Translations under genes and position numbers: made by a program
NCBI GenBank assembly: GCA_049298895.1
Contig: JBAQWL010000316.1
Span: forward strand, 1 to 52,213
Source: Gallionella sp.
GTDB lineage: Bacteria > Pseudomonadota > Gammaproteobacteria > Burkholderiales > Gallionellaceae
Direction of reading: 5' to 3'
Length of the DNA: 52,213 nucleotides
Shown: positions 41,709 to 50,817 of the stretch, piece after piece
Numbering within the stretch: the first letter of the stretch is position 1
Layout: each line of letters opens with the position of its first letter
Notes under the pieces: generated by a model
Database searches by the model: none
What the model was told of the DNA's origin: nothing
The model's input: the letters and a program-made list of their open reading frames with translations, nothing else

Positions 41709-43520
41709 ATGAATCAATATCCACTATGGAAATATATGCTGATCCTGGCCGTGTTGCTGGCTGGTTTGATTTACACTCTGCCGAATTTTTACGGTGAATC
41801 GCCTGCCGTGCAGGTATCGCCGTTGCGTGCCAATCAAAAAGCGGACGCCGCATTGTTGGAGCGGGTGGGGAATATCCTGAAGGCAGCCAGCCTTGATCCT
41901 GAATTGGCCGAGCTGGACGGCAACAGTGTCAAAGCGCGTTTCTCCGACACCGATATGCAACTGAAGGCCAAGGATGTATTGCAGAGCCAGCTGGGCGATG
42001 ACTATGTGGCCGCGCTCAATTTGTTGTCACGTTCGCCGCGCTGGCTGAGCAGGCTCAATGCGTTGCCGATGTACCTCGGGTTAGACCTGCGTGGTGGCGT
42101 GCATTTTCTACTGCAGGTGGATATGAATGCCGCGCTGAGCAAAGCGCTGGATGCGGCATTAGGAGATATACGCAGCGCCTTGCGCGAACAGAATATCGCG
42201 TATTCCGGAGTCAGCCGTGACGGAAATGTGCTGACGGTGAACTTCCGCGATGCAGAGGCGCGCGGTAAGGGAGAAGCGGAAATCAAGCTGCGCTTTTCCG
42301 ACTATGCGCTCAATGATATTGACAAAGGCGGCGAATATAAGCTGCGCGTTACCCTTAAGCCGGAAGCGGAAAAGCGCATCCAGGATTCAGCCGTGCAGCA
42401 AAATCTGGTTACTTTGCGTAACCGTGTCAATGAATTGGGCGTGGCTGAGCCGGTGATTCAGCAGCAGGGCGCGGATCGAGTCGTGGTGCAACTGCCAGGG
42501 GTGCAGGATACAGCGCGCGCCAAGGATATTCTGGGGCGTACCGCCACGCTGGAAGTGCGTATGGTGGATGAGGAGCATCTTGTCGGCGTAGGTGGGGTAG
42601 CACCGTTTGGCACTGATATGTTCAAAGATCGTGAGGGCATTGCGCTACTGGTGAAGAAGCAGGTGATACTCACCGGCGAGCGCATTAACGATGCTCAGCC
42701 CGGCTTCGACAATCGCACCAATGAAGCTGCGGTGCACATCAATCTGGACGGCGTGGGCGCGCGAAAATTCAAGGAAGCGACGCGCGAAAATGTTGGCAAG
42801 CGCATGGCGATCATCCTGTTCGAAAAGGGCAAGGGTGAGATCATCACCGCACCGGTGATCCGCGAGGAAATCGGCGGCGGCCGGGTACAGATCACCGGCC
42901 AGATGGACACGGTTGAGGCGCAAGATACCGCCTTGCTGCTGCGTGCCGGTGCGCTGGCGGCACCGATGGAAATCATCGAAGAGCGTACCGTCGGACCCAG
43001 CCTGGGTGCGGAAAATATCACCCGCGGTTTCGATTCCACCAAGATCGGTTTCATCCTGGTCGCGGTATTCATGATCGCCTACTACCTGATGTTCGGCACC
43101 ATTTCGGTGCTGGCGCTGGGCGCTAACCTGTTGTTGCTGGTGGCGCTGCTGTCCATGATGCAGGCCACGCTGACCCTGCCGGGCATGGCGGCTATCGCGC
43201 TGACGCTGGGTATGGCGATCGACTCAAACGTGCTGATCAACGAGCGCATCCGCGAAGAGCTGCGCAACGGGGTCACGCCGCAAGCCGCGATCCACGCGGG
43301 ATATGACCGGGCATTCGGCACCATTCTCGATTCCAACGTGACCACCATGATCGCCGGCGTCGCGCTGTTCATGTTCGGATCGGGCCCGATCAAGGGGTTC
43401 GCGGTGGTGTTGTGTCTGGGTATCCTGACCTCGATGTTCAGCGCGGTGCTGGTATCGCGGGCGATGGTGAATATTATTTACGGGCGCAAGGTGCGACTCA
43501 CTCACGTGGCGATAGGCTGA
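41709..43520 (+). CDS. secD: Protein translocase subunit SecD
   Basis: LGLDLRGG, RVNELGVAEP, VGPSLG and IDSNVLINERIREE motifs. Confidence 0.97.
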   Translation: MNQYPLWKYMLILAVLLAGLIYTLPNFYGESPAVQVSPLRANQKADAALLERVGNILKAASLDPELAELDGNSVKARFSDTDMQLKAKDVLQSQLGDDYVAALNLLSRSPRWLSRLNALPMYLGLDLRGGVHFLLQVDMNAALSKALDAALGDIRSALREQNIAYSGVSRDGNVLTVNFRDAEARGKGEAEIKLRFSDYALNDIDKGGEYKLRVTLKPEAEKRIQDSAVQQNLVTLRNRVNELGVAEPVIQQQGADRVVVQLPGVQDTARAKDILGRTATLEVRMVDEEHLVGVGGVAPFGTDMFKDREGIALLVKKQVILTGERINDAQPGFDNRTNEAAVHINLDGVGARKFKEATRENVGKRMAIILFEKGKGEIITAPVIREEIGGGRVQITGQMDTVEAQDTALLLRAGALAAPMEIIEERTVGPSLGAENITRGFDSTKIGFILVAVFMIAYYLMFGTISVLALGANLLLLVALLSMMQATLTLPGMAAIALTLGMAIDSNVLINERIREELRNGVTPQAAIHAGYDRAFGTILDSNVTTMIAGVALFMFGSGPIKGFAVVLCLGILTSMFSAVLVSRAMVNIIYGRKVRLTHVAIG

Positions 43521-43529
43521 GGGAAAATC

Positions 43530-44462
43530 ATGGAATTCTTCAAGATTAAAAATGACATTCCGTTCATGAGTTATGGACGTTACACCACTGCCATTTCGCT
43601 GGTGACATTCCTGTTTGCAGTATTTTTTCTCGCTACCAAAGGTTTGAATTTTGGTGTGGATTTTACCGGCGGCACCGTGTTGGAGGTGCATTACGGACAA
43701 CCCGCCGATCTGGCCAAGGTGCGCGAGCAGCTCGCCAAGATGGGATTGCATGATGCTCTGGTGCAGAATTTTGGTTCCAGTCATGATGTGCTGATTCAGG
43801 TTCCTCTCAAGCAGAATCTCGCTGGTGCCAAATTGAGCGAGCAAGTGATGGATAGCCTGCGTGCGAATGATGTCGGTGCGGAAATGCGCCGTGTCGAATT
43901 CGTCGGGCCGCAGGTCGGCAAGGATCTGGTGGAGAACGGTGCGCTAGCCTTGTTGCTGGTTTCGCTGGGCATCGTCGGTTATCTGTGGCTGCGCTTCGAG
44001 TGGAAGTTTGGGCTGTCCGCCATCATCGCCAACTTGCATGACGTGGTGATCATCCTCGGCTTTTTCGCTTTTTTCCAGTGGGAATTCTCGCTGTCCGTGC
44101 TGGCGGCGGTGCTGGCAGTATTGGGTTACTCGGTGAATGAATCGGTGGTGGTATTCGACCGTATCCGCGAAAACTTCCACAAGATGCGCAAGGCCGAGGT
44201 GGCCGAGATCATTGACAACGCCATTACACGTACCATATCTCGCACCATCATCACTCACGGTTGCACGCAGTTGATGGTCGGCGCGATGCTGTTCCTCGGC
44301 GGCGAAACGCTGCATTACTTCGCGATGGCGCTTACCATTGGAATTTTATTCAGTATTTACTCTTCTGTTCTGGTCGCTAGCCCGCTGTTAATACTGTTCG
44401 GCGTGTCACGTGCAGATTTTATTAAGCCGGAAAAGACCGAAGCTGAAGAAGTGTTGCCCTAA
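43530..44462 (+). CDS. secF: Protein translocase subunit SecF
   Basis: GVDFTGG, VGPQVG, HDV and GYSVNESVVVFDRIREN motifs. Confidence 0.97.
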   Translation: MEFFKIKNDIPFMSYGRYTTAISLVTFLFAVFFLATKGLNFGVDFTGGTVLEVHYGQPADLAKVREQLAKMGLHDALVQNFGSSHDVLIQVPLKQNLAGAKLSEQVMDSLRANDVGAEMRRVEFVGPQVGKDLVENGALALLLVSLGIVGYLWLRFEWKFGLSAIIANLHDVVIILGFFAFFQWEFSLSVLAAVLAVLGYSVNESVVVFDRIRENFHKMRKAEVAEIIDNAITRTISRTIITHGCTQLMVGAMLFLGGETLHYFAMALTIGILFSIYSSVLVASPLLILFGVSRADFIKPEKTEAEEVLP

Positions 44463-44465
44463 GCC

Positions 44466-45110
44466 GTGGAATTGTTTAGCGTATTCATTGATATCGTCCT
44501 GCACTTGGACGCACACCTACTGGCACTCACGCAGCAATATGGCATCTGGGTGTACGCCATCTTGTTCCTGATCATCTATTGCGAAACAGGATTGGTGATC
44601 ACCCCATTTCTGCCCGGTGATTCGTTGCTGTTCGTGGCAGGAGCTTTGTGCGGAATGGGCGCGCTGCAGCTCGAGCTGCTGGCACCATTGCTGGTGCTGG
44701 CGGCATTCAGTGGCGACAACACCAACTATTGGATAGGCCGTTTAGTCGGATTGCGTCTGCTCAGCCGCGCAAATCCCAAGCTCATCAAGCGCGAACACCT
44801 GGATAAGACCCACGCTTTCTACGAAAAACACGGCGGCAAGACCATTATATTTGCGCGCTTTTTGCCCATCATCCGTACATTCGCGCCATTTGTCGCGGGT
44901 ATTGGTTTGATGCGCTATCGGCTGTTCATGATGTTTAGCGCGCTGGGCAGTGTGATGTGGATAATCAGTCTCACCGTGGCTGGTTATTTGTTCGGCAACA
45001 TTCCGGTGGTGAAAAACAACCTCTCCCTGATTATCGTGGCTATCATAGCAATTTCGCTGCTACCCGCGTTACTCGAATTTATCCGTCATCGCAATAAGTC
45101 GGCTGTGTGA
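44466..45110 (+). CDS. DedA family membrane protein
   Basis: ETGLVITPFLPGDSLLF, GDNTNYWIG and ARFLPIIRTFAPFVAG motifs. Confidence 0.93.
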   Translation: MELFSVFIDIVLHLDAHLLALTQQYGIWVYAILFLIIYCETGLVITPFLPGDSLLFVAGALCGMGALQLELLAPLLVLAAFSGDNTNYWIGRLVGLRLLSRANPKLIKREHLDKTHAFYEKHGGKTIIFARFLPIIRTFAPFVAGIGLMRYRLFMMFSALGSVMWIISLTVAGYLFGNIPVVKNNLSLIIVAIIAISLLPALLEFIRHRNKSAV

Positions 45111-45264
45111 AAGTGAAGCGTCAGGCGTTAAATATCTCACGGCAGAGACGATATATTGCTAGCCTTGGGCTGGCAGCGGGCCGCAAAGCACTGTGTGAGG
45201 TCACTGCCTATGAGCCTTACGTGTTGGGCTTATGCGGGATTGATGTTATGTGTAGCCAGAATTT

Positions 45265-45292
45265 TGAACGGCTAGGCGAATATCGAGTCTTA
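45265..45292 (+). promoter_or_regulatory. Possible ECF (sigmaE-like) promoter
   Basis: TGAAC-N17-GTCTTA about 45 bp upstream of an envelope glycine-zipper gene. Confidence 0.3.
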
Positions 45293-45335
45293 ACCTCTGT
45301 TCCGTGAAAAACGGAGGATTCCAAGGAGCATGAAA

Positions 45336-45818
45336 ATGAAGAAATTGTTATGTGCATTGAGCATACTTTTCTTGTGTGGCATCGCTTATGCGGCGGATTT
45401 GGTCGATACTGCAAAAGTGATTTCCAGCGTGCCTATCTATGAGCTTGTGACTGAGCCGCATCGCGAATGCACGACGGAAACCGTCCCGGTCACCCCCAGG
45501 CATTCCATTGGGGGCGCAGTAGTGGGAGGCGTGGCGGGTGCGGCACTAGGCAGTCAAATCGGTGATGGCACCGGTAAAAAAGCGGCAACTGTGGCGGGCG
45601 GTATTGCCGGTGCGGTGATAGGCGATCGCATCGCTACCCGTGATGAACCGCGCACCCAGCAAGTGGAACGTTGCCGCGAGGTGGGAACCAGTCGTGAGAT
45701 CATCAATGGATACAAGGTTACCTATCGTTACAACGGAAAGGATGTCACCACCACCTTACCCTATCAGCCTGGATCAACGATCCGTGTCAGGGTGAACGTA
45801 ATCGAGGAACCTCATTAA
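45336..45818 (+). CDS. Glycine zipper 2TM (YcfJ-like) protein
   Basis: Signal peptide; GGAVVGGVAGAALGSQIG.G.G..AATVAGGIAGA; GYKVTYRYNG; SD AAGGAG. Confidence 0.88.
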   Translation: MKKLLCALSILFLCGIAYAADLVDTAKVISSVPIYELVTEPHRECTTETVPVTPRHSIGGAVVGGVAGAALGSQIGDGTGKKAATVAGGIAGAVIGDRIATRDEPRTQQVERCREVGTSREIINGYKVTYRYNGKDVTTTLPYQPGSTIRVRVNVIEEPH

Positions 45819-45969
45819 TAGTCACTGACCTGCACTTTCTGAGGGCGGATGAATTTATCCATCCAACCGCCCGCCCGCCATCTTTCCAATGCCAGATCTG
45901 TTTCTTTGCGGGCATAGGCTTAGGGCTGTAGCATTCCGATGCTGACCTCCCGACCTTGCTAATTCACTG

Positions 45970-46226
45970 AGGTAAACCCCCGGCTCTGCCGGGGGACTCA
46001 CAAAGGTTTGACCTATGCGGCGGTCGTAAAGGGCAAAGTCAGAATTTAGAGGCTAGTAGTTTCATCAGGGTGGGGGTGGAAAGCCCCGTGCGAATTGGAA
46101 CACAGTTGCTTCCCCCTGTGATGGGGAAGAAGTAAAAACCCAGCCGCCTTGGGCGGCTCACGGTTTATTGGCCCCTTTGAGGGGCTCACCCAATAAGCCT
46201 CCGGCTTTGCCGGAGGTCATTTAACT
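45970..46226 (+). mobile_element. Non-autonomous IS200/IS605-family remnant (both hairpin ends, no tnpA/tnpB)
   Basis: Left GGTAAACCCCCGGC-TCT-GCCGGGGGACTC; right cluster AGCCGCC-TTG-GGCGGCT, GCCCCT-TTG-AGGGGC and CCTCCGGC-TTT-GCCGGAGG; the terminal hairpins share the CCGGCT(C/T)TGCCGG core. Confidence 0.72.
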
Positions 46227-46316
46227 TAGCTTAAAGATTCCACTCGGGCTTACGATAGGGTAATCTGCGCCTACTGAATTTTTTGGAAATGCTATTTATA
46301 TTTCAGGGGGCGATTG

Positions 46317-47591
46317 ATGAAATATTCGAATATCCTTATATTCCTTCTTGGGATGGGTTGCCTCAGCGCCAGCGCAGCTGAGGACTCTCATAGTCACTTA
46401 GCTGGTCCCGATTCAACTGTTTCCTCGCCCGACTACGGCGACACCTTACTGGGAGACTGGGGTGGCCAGCGTAGCGCCATGAGCGCAAAAGGCTATGACT
46501 GGGAGGTCGTCTATAAACTCGATCTGCTCAGAAAGATCTCTAAGCCAGACGTAAAAAATTACGGCCTGGATAACCTGGATATCAAACTTTCCCTGGATGG
46601 CGAAAAGATCGCTGGGATCAAGGGTAGCAGCGCGCTGCTGTATATCCTGAGCAATCATGGCGGCAAACCGGCGTTGATGGGCGATCGTCTGCCGCATGGC
46701 TTGGATAACATTGAAACCCCCGAGGGTGCCAATACCATCAAGCTTTACCAGGCCTGGATACAGCAAACCTTTCTGGATGATCGGTTGTCGGTTCTGGCCG
46801 GCTTGTATGATCTGAACTCTGAATTCTATGTCACCGAGTCATCCGGCATTTTCATCCACCCCACCTTCGGCATCGGCGCTGAAATGGCGGGCACCGGACA
46901 AAACGGCCCCTCTGTTTTTCCCACGGCTTCATTTGCGTTACGCGCCAAAGCAGAAACGGCTGGTTACTATTTGCAAGCCGTCACTCTGGATGGTGTGCCG
47001 GGTGATCCCAACAACCATCAGGGCACTCATGTGCAATTCAACAAGGGCGATGGAGCGCTCAATGTCATCGAAGGTGCCGTTCCATTGAGCGCTGCGGAAA
47101 ATGCGCATGACAACAAACTGGCGCTGGGTGTATGGCGCTATACCACGCGTTTCGATGATGTAGATCCTTCCATCACGGAAAAGCGCATTAGTCATGGCTA
47201 TTACGCCATGGTAGAGAAAGTACTGCGCTACAAGCCCGGCAGCGACGAGGGAATCATCAACAGTTTCGTGCGGGCTGGGAAAACCGATGGTGATACTTCG
47301 CAATTCGACATGGCTTGGAGCGCGGGACTGGTATTTTCAGGCCTGTTTGCCGGGCGCGATCAGGATCAATTGGGTATCGCCTACGCACAGGAACGCAATG
47401 GCGCAAAATATCGCGCTGTACCCGGAAATCCTCAGGTTGTTCATGAAAGCTCATTGGAGTTGACTTACCGGTATCAGGCGATGCCGGGGCTGGTATTGCA
47501 GCCGATAGCCCAATACCTGCTCAACCACAGCTATGACCCCACCCAAGATAAAAGCTGGTGGCTGGGCATGCGCTTCGAAGCTTCGTTATAA
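46317..47591 (+). CDS. OprB-family (carbohydrate-selective) porin
   Basis: Signal peptide; LLGDWGGQRS, AGLYDLNSEF, F.HPTFG, GPSVFP, GRDQDQLGIA and ELTYRYQ...LQP..QY motifs. Confidence 0.87.
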   Translation: MKYSNILIFLLGMGCLSASAAEDSHSHLAGPDSTVSSPDYGDTLLGDWGGQRSAMSAKGYDWEVVYKLDLLRKISKPDVKNYGLDNLDIKLSLDGEKIAGIKGSSALLYILSNHGGKPALMGDRLPHGLDNIETPEGANTIKLYQAWIQQTFLDDRLSVLAGLYDLNSEFYVTESSGIFIHPTFGIGAEMAGTGQNGPSVFPTASFALRAKAETAGYYLQAVTLDGVPGDPNNHQGTHVQFNKGDGALNVIEGAVPLSAAENAHDNKLALGVWRYTTRFDDVDPSITEKRISHGYYAMVEKVLRYKPGSDEGIINSFVRAGKTDGDTSQFDMAWSAGLVFSGLFAGRDQDQLGIAYAQERNGAKYRAVPGNPQVVHESSLELTYRYQAMPGLVLQPIAQYLLNHSYDPTQDKSWWLGMRFEASL

Positions 47592-47614
47592 CCGAATTCA
47601 TTTCCGCAACTCAA

Positions 47615-47803
47615 CAAGAAATCTCACTGCGGCCACCAAGGAGTAAATTGTTGAGGTCGGGGGGATTGCGGTCGCAGTGGAGAAAATCACACTAATATTC
47701 GGGTAAGGACAATCAGTCCATGGAATCCACTGCTCAAGCCGCAAAAAATCTGGAGTTATTCACCCACAATCTATTAATCGCTGCCAGCCGGTTCAAAAGC
47801 TGA
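47615..47803 (+). pseudogene. Decayed C-terminal fragment of a methyl-accepting chemotaxis protein
   Basis: Joining frames gives (QEI)TAATKE*IVEVGGIAVAVEKITLI/SGKDNQSMESTAQAAKNLELFTHNLLIAASRFKS-stop, matching the MCP tail pattern A..EQ......IA..VE.I...A..LE....L.....RFK. Confidence 0.6.
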
Positions 47804-47832
47804 GTTTTCTTCAAGCCTGGCTCCAGATTTGT

Positions 47833-48627
47833 TTAACCAAATCTGCCCGTAATATAGTCCTCAGTGCGTTTGTTGGTCGGGTTGATAAACATCGTGTCGG
47901 TGTCGCCAAATTCGATCAGATCGCCCATATACATAAAAGCGGTATGGTCTGATACTCGCGCCGCCTGCTGCATGTTGTGGGTGACGATGAGTATGGTCAC
48001 TTTTTGCTTAAGCTCGGAAATTAATTCTTCTATGCTGCCTGTGGCGATAGGGTCGAGCGCGGAGGTCGGTTCGTCGAACAGCACGATCTCCGGATCGATA
48101 GCCAGTGCGCGGGCGATACACAAGCGCTGTTGCTGGCCGCCAGAAAGATTGAAAGCCAGGTGCTTCAACCGATCCTTGACTTCGCTCCATAGTGCAGCAC
48201 CGCGCAAAGCTTCTTCCACCTTGCTGTCGATCTCCTGTTTGTTACGCATTCCTCGTACTCTCAACCCATATGCCACGTTCTCATAAATTGTTTTCGGGAA
48301 TGGGTTGGGTTTTTGGAACACCATACTGATGCGCATACGCACTTCCATCGGATCGACTTGGTGGGCGATGATGTTAGTGTTATCTGGGTGCAGGATGATT
48401 TCGCCCGCATAGCGGTTGCCGGGGTAGAGGTCGTGCATCCGGTTGAAGCAGCGCAAGAAGGTCGATTTTCCACAACCAGATGGGCCGATCAGCGCGGTCA
48501 CATGCTTTTCGGCGATTGGCATGTTGATGTCCTTGAGCGCCTGCGCCTTGCCATAATAAAAACTGAGATTCTTCACCTCGGCTTTCAGCGTGGCGGCGGT
48601 TTGCTCCTGGTCGATAGCTGTGGGCAT
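47833..48627 (-). CDS. pstB: Phosphate ABC transporter ATPase
   Basis: [40 protein letters not shown] and EDYITGRFG motifs. Confidence 0.96.
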   Translation of the reverse strand: MPTAIDQEQTAATLKAEVKNLSFYYGKAQALKDINMPIAEKHVTALIGPSGCGKSTFLRCFNRMHDLYPGNRYAGEIILHPDNTNIIAHQVDPMEVRMRISMVFQKPNPFPKTIYENVAYGLRVRGMRNKQEIDSKVEEALRGAALWSEVKDRLKHLAFNLSGGQQQRLCIARALAIDPEIVLFDEPTSALDPIATGSIEELISELKQKVTILIVTHNMQQAARVSDHTAFMYMGDLIEFGDTDTMFINPTNKRTEDYITGRFG

Positions 48628-48637
48628 TACTTGACTC

Positions 48638-49564
48638 CTACCATTTGATGTTCTTGCGGATGCGATAACGCAGAAAGATCGCGACCGCATTCATTGCCAA
48701 AGTCATGACGATAATCACGACACCGGCTGCGGCAGCGTTGATCAAAAAAGCTTCCTCGGGGCGCGATACCCAGTTGAACATTTGGATCGGCAGCACCGTG
48801 AATGGTGAAAACATCCACTCGAATGAGACGTAAGGTGCTTCCGATGTAATGGGTGGAGGTGGCAGAAATGCGATAAAGGTCAGCGCGCCGATGGTGATGA
48901 TCGGAGCAGTTTCGCCGATCGCGCGCGCCATGCCGATGATCACCCCGGTCAGGATGCCGCCCTTGGAATAGGGCAGCACATGGTCGTATATCATTTGCCA
49001 GCGGGTGGCGCCCAGCGCATAGGCGGCCTCGCGGATTTCGCGCGGGATGGTGCGCAGCGATTCGCGGGTGGCCACGATGACCACCGGCAAGATCAGCAGT
49101 GCGAGCGTAAGGCCGGCGGTCAGGATGCTCTGGCCGAGATCCAGTTGATAGACGAACAAGCCCAGCGCAAGCAGGCCGTAGATGATGGAGGGGACGCCCG
49201 CCAGGTTGCTCACGTTGATTTCGATGACGGCTGTCAGCAAGTTGCTGGGCGCGTATTCCTCGAGGTAGATGGCTGCGGCTATTCCCATCGGAATGGCGAC
49301 CAGCGCGGTGACCAGCATGACCAGCATGGTACCCACCCAAGCGGATAGTATGCCGGCGTGCTCCGCGCGTCTGGACGGGAAGGAGGAAAAGAACTCATAG
49401 TTGAGCCGCTCCACCCCGTCCAGCAGCAGGTTGGTGAACAAGCCCAGCAGCGTGATTACGCCCAGCATCATGCATACCAGACCGACCAGCGAAAAGACAT
49501 AATCGTTGAACTTGAGGCGGCGGATCAGCGCACGGATCCTGGTTGCCTTTAGTGTATCTGGCAT
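48638..49564 (-). CDS. pstA: Phosphate ABC transporter permease PstA
   Basis: [31 protein letters not shown] and ARAIGETAP motifs. Confidence 0.95.
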   Translation of the reverse strand: MPDTLKATRIRALIRRLKFNDYVFSLVGLVCMMLGVITLLGLFTNLLLDGVERLNYEFFSSFPSRRAEHAGILSAWVGTMLVMLVTALVAIPMGIAAAIYLEEYAPSNLLTAVIEINVSNLAGVPSIIYGLLALGLFVYQLDLGQSILTAGLTLALLILPVVIVATRESLRTIPREIREAAYALGATRWQMIYDHVLPYSKGGILTGVIIGMARAIGETAPIITIGALTFIAFLPPPPITSEAPYVSFEWMFSPFTVLPIQMFNWVSRPEEAFLINAAAAGVVIIVMTLAMNAVAIFLRYRIRKNIKW

Positions 49565-50484
49565 CAGTAGATCTCCCGGAAGCGTTTCCGCGCCATATGC
49601 CCGAGGATATTGAAGGCCAGCGTCATCAGAAACAGCACCAGCCCGGCAGCGAAGATGCTCTGATAGCCGATGGAGCCGTGCGGCAGGTCACCCATCGCGA
49701 CCTGTACGATGTAAGCGGTGATGGTAGCGGCCGATTCGCGCGGGTCCCAGGTGAAGTTGGGTTGCTGTCCGGCTGCAATGGCGACCACCATGGTTTCGCC
49801 GATGGCACGCGACATGCCCAATATATAGGCGGCGATGATGCCCGAGATCGCGGCAGGCGTGACGACCTTTACTGCCGTCTGGAAGCGGGTGGCACCCATC
49901 GCATAGGATCCCTCGCGCAGAGACATCGGTACCGCGCGCATTGCATCTTCCGACACCGAGGAAACATAAGGCACGATCATGATGCCGATCACGATGCCCG
50001 GCCCGAGCATATTGAAACCGGGCAATTCCGGCATCAAGGCCTGCAACAGCGGGGTGATTACCAGCAGCGCAAAATAGCCATAGACCACGGTGGGTACGCT
50101 GGCCAGCAGCTCAAGGAACGGTTTGACCACCTCGCGTACCTTGTGCGAGGCGAACTCGGACAGATAAATGGCGATGATGCTGCCGATCGGGATGGCGACC
50201 AGCAGTGCGACACCCGAAGTCACCAGCGTACCCGCCACCAGTGGCAGGATGCCATATTGGGCGTTTTCGAACAGCGGCGTCCAGGTGGTGCTGGTGAGAA
50301 ATTCGAAAATGGAAACATGCTCGAAGAATGCCAGCGATTCATAGATCAGGATGGCCACGATCGCCAGGGTGATCGCAACGGCAGAAAAGGCGGCCAGGAA
50401 CAACACGGCTTCGATAGCTTTCTCCTGAGCGTGACGCCAAGGATTTCGTGCGAAGCGGTTGTGTGCAGCCTGGGGAGCAGCCAT
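49564..50484 (-). CDS. pstC: Phosphate ABC transporter permease PstC
   Basis: YGILPLVAGT, ELLASVPTVVYG, REGSYAMGAT and SRAIGETM motifs. Confidence 0.95.
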   Translation of the reverse strand: MAAPQAAHNRFARNPWRHAQEKAIEAVLFLAAFSAVAITLAIVAILIYESLAFFEHVSIFEFLTSTTWTPLFENAQYGILPLVAGTLVTSGVALLVAIPIGSIIAIYLSEFASHKVREVVKPFLELLASVPTVVYGYFALLVITPLLQALMPELPGFNMLGPGIVIGIMIVPYVSSVSEDAMRAVPMSLREGSYAMGATRFQTAVKVVTPAAISGIIAAYILGMSRAIGETMVVAIAAGQQPNFTWDPRESAATITAYIVQVAMGDLPHGSIGYQSIFAAGLVLFLMTLAFNILGHMARKRFREIY

Positions 50485-50518
50485 GGCAAGTTTCTGTTCG
50501 ACTTTTTGAAGACGCGCG

Positions 50519-50552
50519 ATTTTAGCAGGGAATTATTACAGCCCGGTTAAGA
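50519..50552 (-). promoter_or_regulatory. Pho box plus -10 promoter for pstCAB
   Basis: Minus strand TCTTAAC-CGGG-CTGTAAT-(10 nt)-TAAAAT, ending 34 bp before the pstC ATG. Confidence 0.6.
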
Positions 50553-50587
50553 AATTTCAGGCAGCCCATTAAGTCTTACTCTATGGC

Positions 50588-50618
50588 AATAAAAAACGGA
50601 TCTGCGCAGAGACCCGTT
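50588..50618 (-). terminator. Intrinsic terminator between the porin gene and pstC
   Basis: Minus strand AACGGGTCT-CTGCGC-AGATCCGTT followed by TTTTATT. Confidence 0.7.
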
Positions 50619-50625
50619 GGTTTTT

Positions 50626-50669
50626 GTAGGGTGCGCCGTGCGCACCATGGTGCATGGAATGCACCCTAC
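50626..50669. repeat. Inverted doublet of GTAG-type REPs
   Basis: GTAGGGTGCGCCGTGCGCACC-AT-GGTGCATGGAATGCACCCTAC; the second unit reads GTAGGGTGCATTCCATGCACC on the minus strand. Confidence 0.8.
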
Positions 50670-50817
50670 GATAGCTTGCGTCGACTTATAACCAGCGACT
50701 TGGCTTGCGGTCTTTAGCAGCCTATAACCAGCCACTTGGTTGTCGTTCTTTGACAACCAAGTGGAATGGCTAGGAGTTTCATCAGTCGATTGGCTAGTTA
50801 TTCCACCAGTAGTTCTA

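Noticed and set aside
45155..45215. GGGCCGCAAAGC resembling part of a c-di-GMP-I riboswitch
   Set aside because: Lacks the upstream GGCAAAC/GNRA-tetraloop P2 stem and the downstream receptor stem.
47622..47683. CACTGCGGCC...GGTCGCAGTG stem as a small RNA
   Set aside because: The same bases are better explained as a decayed MCP coding fragment.
50682..50739. Two direct repeats as a mini-CRISPR
   Set aside because: Only two imperfect 22-bp units with a 14-bp gap, and no leader or cas genes.
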